A stretch of 64,000 nt of DNA from a virus: the IMG/VR virus record IMGVR_UViG_3300028029_000178, positions 412 to 64,411 of that record. One strand, given 5' to 3'. The position numbers were made by a program, and so were the translations under genes. The notes beneath the pieces are model-generated. The model ran no database searches and had not been told where the DNA came from. It worked only from the letters and a program-made list of their open reading frames with translations. Positions within the stretch are counted from its first letter, which is position 1. The number at the start of each line of letters is the position of its first letter. Below, in pieces: positions 25,926-35,962 of this stretch.

Positions 25926-26911
25926 GTGATTTCAGAGATGTTGCAAAACAGTATATAGAAAAAGGATTTTGGGTTATACCTATAACTCGTGAAAAAAAAC
26001 CTTCAATTTCGAATTGGAGAGAATTGCAAACTAGGCCTATGACAGGAAAAGAAATTGATAAAAGTTTCAAAAGATGTTTTGGGATAGCTTTATTAATGGG
26101 TGGTGTCCCTAGTCTTTTTGCAGCAGATTTTGATTTGAAGTATTCTTTGAATCCAAATCTATATGAGGAAATTAAAGCTAAGGTGCCTTTAAGTATTTTA
26201 GAAAAAACATATGTTCAAAAAACTAGGAATGGAGGATTTCATTGGATATACAAAGTTCCCCCACATTGTCTACATGGAAATGAAAAGTTTGCCAACAGAT
26301 ATACTACTGCCTTTGAAAAACATGAAATATATTTAGAGTATTATGCAGATCCTAAAACAAGGGACAATGCTATGAAAACAGCTTATAATCATAAATCTTT
26401 AGTTTTACTAGAGTCTAGGTCAGGCTCTATAGAACGTTGTGGAGGGTATGTTTTAATGCCTCCAACACCTAATTATGAGTATGTATATGGGAAAATATCT
26501 GAGCTAACTGAAGATGAGTACAACCTATTAGTAGAAGTTTTTAGAAGCTTTAATGAGGTAAAAGAGTTAGGAAAAATACCAAAAAACTATGATAATGTTA
26601 AGTGGACTTTAAGTCCGTGGGACGATTTTCATGAAAGAGGAGATGTAATTGAGTTATTAGAGGGTAGTGGTTGGACTGTTATTGATGAGAATATTAAAAC
26701 TATTAGATTTAAACGACCAGGGGCCACAAGTGGTTCTAGTGCTTTATTTGACAAAGAGACTAAAGTATTTAACTGTTTTTCTACTTCTACATCATTATCA
26801 GTAGATAAAGGTTATAATCCATCAGGACTTTATATAGAATTGGAAACAGATGGAAATGCTAAATTAGCATATAGTAATTTAATAAATTTAGGATTCGGTG
26901 TAAAAAATTAA
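25922..26911 (+). CDS. Primase (Prim-Pol / AEP-type)
   Basis: GFWVIPI..KKP..W, FAADFDLK, QKTRNGGFHW, YVLMPPT. Confidence 0.82.
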   Translation: MSDFRDVAKQYIEKGFWVIPITREKKPSISNWRELQTRPMTGKEIDKSFKRCFGIALLMGGVPSLFAADFDLKYSLNPNLYEEIKAKVPLSILEKTYVQKTRNGGFHWIYKVPPHCLHGNEKFANRYTTAFEKHEIYLEYYADPKTRDNAMKTAYNHKSLVLLESRSGSIERCGGYVLMPPTPNYEYVYGKISELTEDEYNLLVEVFRSFNEVKELGKIPKNYDNVKWTLSPWDDFHERGDVIELLEGSGWTVIDENIKTIRFKRPGATSGSSALFDKETKVFNCFSTSTSLSVDKGYNPSGLYIELETDGNAKLAYSNLINLGFGVKN

Positions 26912-26916
26912 CACTT

Positions 26917-26947
26917 TTTGTAGTTAATCTGTTTATTGTTATATTTG
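26917..26947 (+). promoter_or_regulatory. Bacteroidota sigma-A promoter
   Basis: TTTG (26917-20), a 19-nt spacer and TATATTTG (26940-47). Confidence 0.7.
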
Positions 26948-27071
26948 TACTATTGAAAAGACGGCTTTACAACATCTAAAACTTGTTACAGATAACATCA
27001 ATAAAAACTATGACAAGGTATATAAAACCTATTCAAGTGCTGCTGGTAAATTTAAAAAATGTTGCGTAAAT

Positions 27072-27105
27072 CCCACTCATCACGAAGTGTGGGTGCGTAG
27101 TTCAC
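27072..27105 (+). mobile_element. Orphan IS200/IS605 right-end-like sequence
   Basis: CCCAC...GTGGG hairpin followed by GTAGTTCAC, the same terminus as the right end of the IS at 34137. Confidence 0.5.
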
Positions 27106-27151
27106 ATTAGAACAAAAAGAAAATATTATTAATTATTTAAATAAGTAAACA

Positions 27152-27676
27152 ATGTCATATATATGTGTAGACATAGAATCAGATGGACCATTATTAGGAG
27201 TTAACTCTATGGTTTGTTTAGGAGCAGTTTTAATAGACAAAGATTTAAAATTAGATAAAACTTTTTATGCAGAGACAGCACCAATATCTAATGCTTTTAA
27301 TATTGATGCACTAGCTATATCTGGTTTTTCTAGAAAGGAACACGAATTATTTCGTCATCCTAAGTATGCTATATGGGAATTTGAAATGTGGATAGAGGAA
27401 AATTCTAAAGGAAAGCCCATCTTACTTTCAGATAATAATCAGTATGATGGCTCTTGGATAAATTGGTACTTCCATACATACTCTAAGAAAAACCCTTTTG
27501 GATATTCTAGTAGGAGAATAGGAGATATGTTTGCTGGCTTCATGAATAATCCATACTATAGCTGGAAAAAACATAGGAAGACAGTGGCTGATCATAATCC
27601 AGTAAATGATGCCAAAGGGAATGCAGAGGCATTAATATGGTTACAAAAAGAAGGATTTAACATAAAATTTAAGTAA
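27152..27676 (+). CDS. DEDDh 3'-5' exo(ribo)nuclease
   Basis: VDIESDGP, DNNQYD, DHNPVNDA. Confidence 0.82.
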   Translation: MSYICVDIESDGPLLGVNSMVCLGAVLIDKDLKLDKTFYAETAPISNAFNIDALAISGFSRKEHELFRHPKYAIWEFEMWIEENSKGKPILLSDNNQYDGSWINWYFHTYSKKNPFGYSSRRIGDMFAGFMNNPYYSWKKHRKTVADHNPVNDAKGNAEALIWLQKEGFNIKFK

Positions 27677-28032
27677 TGAACGAAAAGCTTTTATTTTTTA
27701 TACTAGTAATGCACTTCTTTGCAGATTTTGCCTTACAAACACATGAGCAAGCTATAAATAAGTATAAATGTAGAGAGCACTTATTTTTTCATGTTATGAC
27801 ATACAGTTTAACGTGGATGTGTGCATCTATGTTCTTTTTAGACAGTGTGTTTCAAATAGGTGCATTTTTCATTATTACATTTATATGTCATTGGGTAACT
27901 GATGCCATTACCTCTAACATGTCTAAGCCTTTTTTCGATAAGAAAGACTTTCATAATGGTTTTGTAGTTGTTGGATTTGACCAAGTGTTGCACTATGTGC
28001 AACTATATTTAACTTTTAAACTATTATTATAA
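27676..28032 (+). CDS. DUF3307-like membrane protein
   Basis: HFFADFALQT, H..TY, HWVTD, GFDQVLH in hydrophobic helices. Confidence 0.75.
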   Translation: MNEKLLFFILVMHFFADFALQTHEQAINKYKCREHLFFHVMTYSLTWMCASMFFLDSVFQIGAFFIITFICHWVTDAITSNMSKPFFDKKDFHNGFVVVGFDQVLHYVQLYLTFKLLL

Positions 28033-28211
28033 TGGATAACAATTTAGAAAAACAGCATAGGAATACAAAACATGACTCCATAGAAAAAATTCAGGAGGTC
28101 CGATCCAGGTATGCAGAGATATTTACTTTTCCTCCTGCAACAGACCAAATGTTTAATGAAATGTGTGGTGCAATTATGAATTTAAGAATTAGAAAACCAA
28201 AAAAAATATGA
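28032..28211 (+). CDS. Small hypothetical protein (59 aa)
   Basis: Starts on the upstream stop and has an ATGA overlap with the next gene. Confidence 0.5.
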   Translation: MDNNLEKQHRNTKHDSIEKIQEVRSRYAEIFTFPPATDQMFNEMCGAIMNLRIRKPKKI

Positions 28212-28441
28212 GTAAACTAATACGACAAAGAGATAATCTTGTAAAAGAGGGGCTGATAGAGTTTGTAGAATTTGATAAAAATGGTAGAGGAAAAAATATT
28301 CATACGAAACCTAAAGTAGGCTATATTTGTATAGTTGATGGAAGAAGATTAATATATACTTGGATGACAACTCTTATTACAAAGATTATTTCAGATACAG
28401 AATTCCTAACTGAAAATTCACATTATCTAATAAAAAACTAA
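28208..28441 (+). CDS. Hypothetical protein
   Basis: 77-aa ORF tightly packed between neighbours. Confidence 0.6.
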   Translation: MSKLIRQRDNLVKEGLIEFVEFDKNGRGKNIHTKPKVGYICIVDGRRLIYTWMTTLITKIISDTEFLTENSHYLIKN

Positions 28442-28444
28442 CAT

Positions 28445-30037
28445 ATGAAATTTAAAGAGTTAAAAGACGTAGACATAGAATACCTAAAATATGTTTACTA
28501 TGAAGATATGAAACATAAAGAGAAAATGGAAATTCTCGTTAAAAAATTTAAAACTACAGAGAGAACTATTAGACGTTGGTGGAAAGAAGAGCTTAAATTA
28601 TCTGAGCGTACATCTACTCTTCCCCATCAAATGCAAGTCGCTCAAAAAAGAGAGATAAGTAAAAAAACTGATATACTGTTAGTGACCTCAGCTCAAAATA
28701 AAACAGGGATTAATAACAAATTTTTAGATAATTTAGAGGCTTACAAAGAGTATTTAGAGGCTTTAGGATTTAATACTGAGATAGTTATTGCTCCTCAACG
28801 CTATAGAAATCCAACCAACCCAACTGAGGATTCTAAGAAAGCAACTGAGCTATGGTGGGTAGATGAAGTTATACCTTATTTACACTACGGGAAAATACAA
28901 TTCGGAGATGTAAAAATATCTACGGATAGTAGAATTATACCTACAGCTAAAGAGCCTTTAACAGGTTACGAAGTTTTAGCTAAGGATAACAGCTTAGTAT
29001 TACCGCACTCTAAAATTCATTTTAAAACTCTCCCAAGATTCAAGAACGATCCTTTAAGAGCTATGTGTACCACAGGCTATATCTCTAACAAAAATTATAG
29101 TGACTCCAAGGCAGGTGAAACGGCCTGGGAACACCATGCATATGGTTTTGTAATAGTAGAAAAGAAAAAAGATGGAGTTTGTCATATACCTAGAAATGTA
29201 AAAGTTAAAAGTGATGGGTCTTTTATAGATATAATTTATAGTGTAAAAGATAAAAAGGTGTCTACAATAGACTCTAGTGAAGGTATTGTTTTAGGAGACA
29301 TTCATGCATCTGAGGTTAATACAGATATTTTACATGAAACTTTTGTGTTAATGGCGGAATTGAATCCTAAGAAAACTATTTTACATGATTTATTTGATGG
29401 GTCTACAGTTAATCCTCATGAAATTAAAGATATGTATATTCAAAAAAAGAAGATACGAGAAAATAAATTTTTAATAGATGAAGAGATAAAAAATTCTTTT
29501 GAGGTTGTTAGATCTCTACAAGCATATACTGATGAAATATATGTATCTTTATCAAACCATGATGTGTTTTTAGATAGGCTTATTAACGATGGTAATTGGA
29601 AAAGAGACTTACATAATAGTCATAACTATCTAAAATATGCCTTAATTCAACAAACAGAAAATGTTGAAGAGTATGGAACTATCTATGGCTTTTTATTATC
29701 TAAAGAGTTTACTGAGGGTGTTAAATACCTTAATTATGGAGACTCTTTAAAGATTAAAGGTTATGAGTGTGCTTTACATGGAGATAATGGCACAAACGGC
29801 TCCAGAGGAAGTTACAAGCAATTTTCTAGGCTTAACACTAAAATGATTCATGGGCACCAACATAGCCCTGTCTTACATAATAATGTAACATGTGTAGGTG
29901 TCACATGTAATATAAGCCAGTATTATACTAGGAGGGGATTGTCCTCATGGGCGTATGCTCATAGTGTTATTCACAATAATGGTAAAAACCAATTACTTGT
30001 ATTTGGAGATGATTTAAAAGTATCGAGTATCTTTTAA
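28445..30037 (+). CDS. Calcineurin-like metallophosphoesterase with N-terminal HTH
   Basis: TTERTIRRW HTH; GDIHA, HDLFDG, SNHD, HGD, HGHQH metal-binding motifs. Confidence 0.78.
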   Translation: MKFKELKDVDIEYLKYVYYEDMKHKEKMEILVKKFKTTERTIRRWWKEELKLSERTSTLPHQMQVAQKREISKKTDILLVTSAQNKTGINNKFLDNLEAYKEYLEALGFNTEIVIAPQRYRNPTNPTEDSKKATELWWVDEVIPYLHYGKIQFGDVKISTDSRIIPTAKEPLTGYEVLAKDNSLVLPHSKIHFKTLPRFKNDPLRAMCTTGYISNKNYSDSKAGETAWEHHAYGFVIVEKKKDGVCHIPRNVKVKSDGSFIDIIYSVKDKKVSTIDSSEGIVLGDIHASEVNTDILHETFVLMAELNPKKTILHDLFDGSTVNPHEIKDMYIQKKKIRENKFLIDEEIKNSFEVVRSLQAYTDEIYVSLSNHDVFLDRLINDGNWKRDLHNSHNYLKYALIQQTENVEEYGTIYGFLLSKEFTEGVKYLNYGDSLKIKGYECALHGDNGTNGSRGSYKQFSRLNTKMIHGHQHSPVLHNNVTCVGVTCNISQYYTRRGLSSWAYAHSVIHNNGKNQLLVFGDDLKVSSIF

Positions 30038-30059
30038 TCTTAAAACTTTGTTAAAATCT

Positions 30060-30086
30060 AACCCACTTTTTATAGGTGGGTTTTTT
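30060..30086 (+). terminator. Intrinsic terminator
   Basis: AACCCACT pairs with GGTGGGTT, followed by a T run. Confidence 0.75.
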
Positions 30087-30092
30087 ATTTCC

Positions 30093-30100
30093 TATATTTG
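30093..30100 (+). promoter_or_regulatory. -7 promoter element 4 nt before an ATG
   Basis: TATATTTG-CCTT-ATG. Confidence 0.6.
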
Positions 30101-30104
30101 CCTT

Positions 30105-30608
30105 ATGGATGAACAACACATATTATTTAAAACAGCAAAATTAGCTAAAGCAAAAAATTGGGACAGTATAACTACTAAAGCCTATATAGGAAGAAAAGAA
30201 AATAGTTTTTACGATCAAAGAAAAGGTGAAGATTTTATTTTTGAGGCTTTTGACAAAGTTTTACTCCTTACTACAAGCAGTTTTGATGAGCACATGTATC
30301 TTCAATATTACGCTCCTACACAAGATCAATTAAATAAGTGGATTAGAGAAACTAGAAGAGTTCATATTATAATTAATAGAAATGCCTCTGGATGGTTTTG
30401 GGAGATGATGATGGCAGATGGGGGTACCGACTTAGGGTATTCTGATTACTCTGGACCTAATCATGGAGGAGTTTGGGATAGCTATGAAGATGCTTTAGAA
30501 AACGCTTTTATGGTGCAACTGACTACAGATTTACCTAAAAATACAAGAAGTATTAAACATTGGGGAAATTATTCTGCAATAGCTATAAAAAATTTCAATA
30601 ACAAATAA
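30105..30608 (+). CDS. Hypothetical protein
   Basis: Track ORF 30048..30608 begins inside the terminator; the ATG at 30105 (MDEQH) is preferred. Confidence 0.65.
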   Translation: MDEQHILFKTAKLAKAKNWDSITTKAYIGRKENSFYDQRKGEDFIFEAFDKVLLLTTSSFDEHMYLQYYAPTQDQLNKWIRETRRVHIIINRNASGWFWEMMMADGGTDLGYSDYSGPNHGGVWDSYEDALENAFMVQLTTDLPKNTRSIKHWGNYSAIAIKNFNNK

Positions 30609-30609
30609 T

Positions 30610-30966
30610 ATGACAGAGGGTATTAAATTATATGTGACAGTTAAATACGCTTTTAACTATGAATTAACTCTTTGGGACCATTTAGTACAATTTGATATTC
30701 TTACTCAATTTTTTGAAAAAAGAAATAATCTACAAGGATTTATATCTGATGAAGAAGGGGACAGAATTGAAGAAAATAGTGAGGTAGCTATTTTAGTAGA
30801 TTGCCTATATGATTCTTTTAGAACTAAAAATGTATATGAGGTAGTAGAGCAACTTCTACTAGATTATGAAATGTATGAAATATTAGCAGAGTTTACTTCA
30901 GAATTATGTGAAAAGGCAAAAACATATAAACAACAATTATTAAAAGTAAGACAAGATGAAAATTAA
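30610..30966 (+). CDS. Hypothetical protein
   Basis: 118-aa acidic ORF. Confidence 0.6.
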   Translation: MTEGIKLYVTVKYAFNYELTLWDHLVQFDILTQFFEKRNNLQGFISDEEGDRIEENSEVAILVDCLYDSFRTKNVYEVVEQLLLDYEMYEILAEFTSELCEKAKTYKQQLLKVRQDEN

Positions 30967-32368
30967 AGAAATTTTAGAAAAATTAACTGCTGAAGGAGGC
31001 TCAAATGCAAAAATGGATATTCTTAGAAGTTATAAAGATAATGCACTGCTTAGAAGTGTTTTATACCAAGCTAACTCTCGTAGAGTTAAATTTTACATAA
31101 AACGAATTCCTGAATATACTCATGATTCAGATTTCAATATAATTCCATTAGAATATGCTATTAAAAGATTAGAAATACTTTCTACTAGAGAAATTACTGG
31201 ACATAGGGCAATAGCTTTTCTTAAAAGCCTTTTAGAAAGATGTCATCCAGATGATGCCTATGTGCTAGAGAGGGTAATTGAAAAAGACTTGAAAATCGGG
31301 ATGGGAGCTACTAACATCAATAAAATTATTCCTGATATCATCCCAAAAACTCCTTATATGGGTGCCAAGGCATACTCAGATAAATTGGTAGACAATCTTT
31401 TTAAAAATAATGCGGTAGTAATATCTGACATTAAAATGGATGGAAGGTATTGTAATGCTTTGATTAGAAACGGAGATGTAGAGTTAGAGTCTAGACAAGG
31501 TGAGACTACTTTCGTTGGAGATGCTTTTTTCTTAAAACAATTAGCAATACTTCCTAACTGCGTTTTAAATGGAGAACTTACCATTAAAGATATGGATCGT
31601 TATGAAGCAAATGGAGTAATAGCCTCAATTGTAGATATAGAAAAGAAGAAAGAATCCAGAACAGAAAAGGAAACAGCTAAAAAATTAGAAAATTTCGTTA
31701 AGAAGCATGGAGACTACCAAGATGTTTTAGATAGAATTATATATACTGTTTGGGATACTATTACTATAGAGGAATATTTTGATAAAAAATCTAAAAAAGG
31801 GTATGCAAGCAGAGTAATAAATTTGTATGAGTATGTAAAAAGTATTTTCATATTTTTTGAAGGAAATCAAAGAGTAGAAATGATTGAATCTAAAATTGTT
31901 CTAACTAAAGAAGCTGCTGCCAAACATTTTCAAGAAGCCTTGGCTCGTGGATTAGAAGGGACTATTTTAAAATCAGGAATTGGGGAATGGAAAAATGGTA
32001 AACCTACTTGGCAAGTTAAAATGAAATTAGAAATTAACTTAGACCTAAAAATAGTAGGGTTTAACTATGGTTCTAAAGGAACTAAAAATGAGAATGTTAT
32101 ATCTACTTTAGTCTGTGAATCTTCTTGTGGCCTACTTAATACTAATCCCTCTGGAATGAATGAGGAGATGATGGATTTTGTTACTGAGAACCAAGATGAA
32201 TTAATGGGAACCATAGTAGAAATCAGATGTTGTGGGTTATCTACAGATTCAGATGGTAATTGGTCCACCCTGCACCCCTCTGTGGTTAAACTAAGAGACG
32301 ACAAGGATACTTATGATTCTTTAAAATCAGCTCAGGAAATAGAGAATGCAGCTAAGTCATTATCTTAA
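30956..32368 (+). CDS. lig: ATP-dependent DNA ligase
   Basis: IKMDGRY (KxDG), LNGEL, VWD, EGTILK, VKMK, C-terminal OB fold with VVKLRDDK. Confidence 0.92.
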   Translation: MKIKEILEKLTAEGGSNAKMDILRSYKDNALLRSVLYQANSRRVKFYIKRIPEYTHDSDFNIIPLEYAIKRLEILSTREITGHRAIAFLKSLLERCHPDDAYVLERVIEKDLKIGMGATNINKIIPDIIPKTPYMGAKAYSDKLVDNLFKNNAVVISDIKMDGRYCNALIRNGDVELESRQGETTFVGDAFFLKQLAILPNCVLNGELTIKDMDRYEANGVIASIVDIEKKKESRTEKETAKKLENFVKKHGDYQDVLDRIIYTVWDTITIEEYFDKKSKKGYASRVINLYEYVKSIFIFFEGNQRVEMIESKIVLTKEAAAKHFQEALARGLEGTILKSGIGEWKNGKPTWQVKMKLEINLDLKIVGFNYGSKGTKNENVISTLVCESSCGLLNTNPSGMNEEMMDFVTENQDELMGTIVEIRCCGLSTDSDGNWSTLHPSVVKLRDDKDTYDSLKSAQEIENAAKSLS

Positions 32369-32420
32369 TATGGAAAAAATATAAAACAGAAAAGACACTA
32401 TGATAAAAATGAAAAACAAA

Positions 32421-33722
32421 ATGAACCCACTTGATAAGTCACCAAAAATATATTGGATTGACTTGTTTTGTGGGTTCGGATAAGGAGGAGTTAGTACAGG
32501 TATTCACTTGGCAGGTCAAACTGTTATTGCATGTGTAAATCATGATGCAGAAGCAATTCGTTGTCATCAATTGAACCACCCAGACTGTTTACATCTCACA
32601 GAGGATGTAACAGATTGGAAAGTTATTGTAAAACTTAAAAAACTAGTAGAGGAGCTTCGTAAAAAAGAACCTAACTGCATTATAAATATTTGGAGCTCTG
32701 CCGATTGCACACACTTTAGTAAGGCTAAAGGTGGTTTATCTAGAGATGCAGATAGTAGAACTCTCTCAGAACACCTATTAATATACCAAGAACACCTTAA
32801 TCCCAATGCAATTTTTATAGAGAATGTAGAGGAATTTTTAACTTGGGGTCCTTTAGATGAGAAAGGAAAACCTATAAAAAATCTTAAAGGTATTTTCTAC
32901 GATAAATGGAGAGATGATTTTATCTCTAGAGGTTTTCATTATGATTACAAACTTTTAAACTCCGCTGATTTTGGTGCAAATACATCCAGATTAAGGTATT
33001 TTGGAATATTTACCAGGGATTTCCAAACAATACAATGGCCTAAACAAACGCATATTAAAAGAAGTAAGTCTAATCCAAACAGTCTTCCTTTATGGAAACC
33101 AGTTAGAAATATTTTAGACTTAGAAGAGGAGGGAGTATCTATTTTTGGACTTAATGGTAAAAACCAACCTTGGGCAACTAAGACAATGATTAGGGTGTAT
33201 AAAGGTATGAAGAAATTTCATAATGATGAGAAAAACTTCTTGACCTCCTACTATGGAAATGGTACACACCACAGTATAGATGACCCCTGTAATACTTTAA
33301 CCACTAAGGAGAGATATGCCAAAGTTACAATTAAGAAAAATTGGTTAGTTGATACACAATTTGATAATAGAGGAAGATCTATAGAAGAGCCTTGTCAAAC
33401 ACTTATTGCTAGAATGGATAAGAAGCCTGTCTATATGATTTCTTCTAGTTCTGAGGCAGAGGTAAATTACTCTTTGGAAAAACATGGTGTAAGATCCATT
33501 GAAAGGCTTATGCGATACTTTATGAGAAAGCATGGTATCTCTGATGTTAAGATTAGAATGTTATTTTTAGATGAACTTATGCGAATTCAAGGATTCCCAG
33601 AGAGTTATATACTTACAGGGAGAAAAGAAGATAAATTAAAATTTATAGGGAATTCAGTTGTACCTTTGATGGCGCAAAAACTAGTAGAACTAAATTATTT
33701 GGAATATGAAAGAGTCAGTTAA
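32421..33722 (+). pseudogene. dcm: C5 cytosine DNA methyltransferase interrupted by an in-frame TAA in motif I
   Basis: IDLFCGFG*GGVSTG (stop 32481-83), motif IV SADCTHFS, motif VI IENVEEF, motif VIII TSRLRYF, QGFP, IGNSV. Confidence 0.8.
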
Positions 33723-34140
33723 AGAAGATTTACTAGGTTTTGAATTAAGAACAGGAAGCCCTACTGATGGAGGAAGTGGAATAACAGTATACCTATATCA
33801 TAAAGAATACAGATTTTCAATATCTGTAACAGGGGAGTATTTAAAAGAGTTTGGGTATTATGTTGCAGGACCATGTTTAGGTATTATTGGAATGGGAGAT
33901 GAGTACACTGGCACTTATGAAGATAGAATAAAAGCAACAATCTCTATTTTATCTAAAAAGTATAGCATATCTAGAAAAGAAGTAAATTATCACGTAATTA
34001 AAGACTTTATTAACTCCAAAGAACTACCTACAAAAAGGTTAAAAGATGCCTTTAAGTTTTCTTTTAAATATCTCTTAGAGGAATATCAGGACCTTTGGAA
34101 ATTTGCAGAGAAACAAGCAATAGAGGATGAATTTAAGTGA
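33706..34140 (+). CDS. Hypothetical protein; stop codon supplied by the IS right end
   Basis: 144-aa ORF whose TGA (34138-40) lies inside the IS terminus GTGAAC. Confidence 0.65.
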   Translation: MKESVKEDLLGFELRTGSPTDGGSGITVYLYHKEYRFSISVTGEYLKEFGYYVAGPCLGIIGMGDEYTGTYEDRIKATISILSKKYSISRKEVNYHVIKDFINSKELPTKRLKDAFKFSFKYLLEEYQDLWKFAEKQAIEDEFK

Positions 34141-34300
34141 ACTACCCACACACGGCAGAGCCGATGTGATGGGCTTCGGGTTTCACAGAAACGTGCTTCC
34201 CTAAAGAAGTCTTATTTGGTTTCTCCACCTTTGTATTAGACAGTTCCTGCCTAAATATTTTTAATCCCTCATTTAGAATATTTATACTTGCGTTCAAATC
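34117..34300 (-). ncRNA. Predicted omega RNA of TnpB (boundaries approximate)
   Basis: By established TnpB biology it overlaps the tnpB 3' end and right end, with the guide taken from the flank (TTAAATTCATCCTCTATTGC). Only the terminal hairpin is seen directly. Confidence 0.45.
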
Positions 34301-35340
34301 ACGGTCTAATTTATGTCCGTTTTTACAAGTCCATTCTCTAATTGAAAGGTTTAAATCTTGATTAATATATCCACAAACGCTACAAGTCTTTGAACTCGGA
34401 TACCAACGATTAATTTTAACAATAGTTTTATTGTTCCAATTTGCTTTATATTCAACAAACCTAACAAACGTACCCCAACTTGCATCCGCAATATGTTTAG
34501 ATAGTTTTCTGTTTTTAATCATTCCTTTTACATTCAAATCTTCAAGGCAAATTATATCAAAATTAGATACAATTTCATTACTAACTTTATGTAATACATC
34601 TTGTCTTGTGTTTGCTATTTTCTCGTGTATCAATGCAACTTTACGTTTTTGTTTTTCAAACATATTGCTACCTTTTGTTTTACGAGAAAGATGTTGTTGT
34701 GCTTTTTTTAATTGTCTTTCATATCTTTTTGTATATCTATTATTTTTGTATTTAATCCCATCAGAAGTAATGGCAAAATCTTTCAAACCTAAGTCTATTC
34801 CGATTGATTTTCCTGTTTTTTTACTTGGTACATATTCTTGTTCAGTTAATATTGACACAAAATATTTACCAGTAGGTGTTTTAGATATTGTAAACTTTCC
34901 TATCTTACCTTTAATTTCTCTATGGATATTTATCTTAATACCGCCTTTGAATTTAGGGATATATATTCTACCATCAAGTACTTTCGTATGTTGTGGTACT
35001 GTAAATGTATTCTTTTTACGTTTTGACTTAAATCTTGGGAACATTGCATTTCCACGAAAGAAATTCACATAAGCAGTATCTAAACTTCTCAAAGCAAATT
35101 GTAACGTTTGAGAATTAACTTCCTTTAACCAAATAGTATCTTCTTTTTTCTTTAATTCGGTAAGTGTTTTGCTTGTGCGTAATAATTATCAGAAGTTTTA
35201 TCTGCTTGATATTGTTCTTTTCTCTCGTTTAAAAAATGATTATAGATATATCTAACACTACCGAAATGCTTATTCAGTAAGGTTTCCTGCTCTTTATTAG
35301 GCAGTAATTGAAACTTGTATGTTCTATGTATTACTTTCAT
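34142..35340 (-). pseudogene. tnpB: TnpB RNA-guided nuclease, frameshifted
   Basis: HTH start MKVIHRTYKFQLLPN; RuvC residues GIDLG, LEDL, DRDLNAS; CSVCG zinc ribbon. Adding one A to the run at 35167-70 joins both ORFs into 399 aa. Confidence 0.88.
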
Positions 35341-35431
35341 TCTGCGCAAATATACAACTTTTTATACAATAATACCGTATTTTGTAAATATTTCCGTCTT
35401 TGGTTGTAAAACATTCACAAAATACTACATT

Positions 35432-35836
35432 ATGCAATCAAATTACATTTCTACAAACCACTCAAAACATTACTTAAAAGCACATATTATTTTAGTTACA
35501 AAGTATCGTAAATCGTTATTAGTCAATCAACTTAAACAAGATATGTACTCAATATTCAATAATATCATAGATAATTCAGATTTTAGCGTAGAAGTCTTTG
35601 AGTCAGATATTAATCATATACATTTTCTAATCCGTTACATTCCTCGCTTATCTATATCTCAAATAGTTCGTAGGTTAAAACAACAATCTACTCGTCAAAT
35701 ATGGTTACTACATCCAATACAACTTCGTAGAGAGTATTGGTACAAAAATATGTTCTGGAGTTCTGGTTACTTCGTTTGTTCTATTGGTGAAGCAAGTCCA
35801 GATACAATTCGTCAATATATTTTAAGTCAAGGTTAA
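35432..35836 (+). CDS. tnpA: IS200/IS605 Y1 transposase
   Basis: HIILVTKYRK, HUH motif HIHFL, FWSSGYF, YILSQ. The ATG at 35432 is preferred over the track start 35315. Confidence 0.92.
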   Translation: MQSNYISTNHSKHYLKAHIILVTKYRKSLLVNQLKQDMYSIFNNIIDNSDFSVEVFESDINHIHFLIRYIPRLSISQIVRRLKQQSTRQIWLLHPIQLRREYWYKNMFWSSGYFVCSIGEASPDTIRQYILSQG

Positions 35837-35892
35837 TGTTTCGCTTACATCCCACAGGCGAAAACGACCTGTGAGTTTTAGGCTCGATTTAT

Positions 35893-35921
35893 AAAAAACC
35901 CTAGAAATTAATCTAAGGTTT
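35893..35921 (-). terminator. Terminator of the virion-gene arm
   Basis: On the - strand AAACCTTAGA pairs with TCTAGGGTTT, followed by a T run; lies 41 nt after the 35963 stop. Confidence 0.7.
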
Positions 35922-35962
35922 GTATTAATCTAAGCTGCTATTTATAGTGGCTTTTACTTTAC

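Larger units (their letters stand above)
34137..35890 (-). mobile_element. IS200/IS605-family insertion sequence with divergent tnpA and tnpB
   Basis: Right end on - strand GCCCATCAC...GTGTGGGTAGTTCAC (ends 34137); left-end hairpin CACAGG/CCTGTG (35853-73); TTTAT target motif 5' of the left end. The rejoined empty site restores the flanking gene's stop. Confidence 0.85.

Noticed and set aside
32481-32510. TAAGGAGG as a Shine-Dalgarno restart for the methyltransferase at TTG 32508
   Set aside because: The spacing is ~19 nt, this genome does not otherwise use SD sites, and the product would lack SAM-binding motif I.
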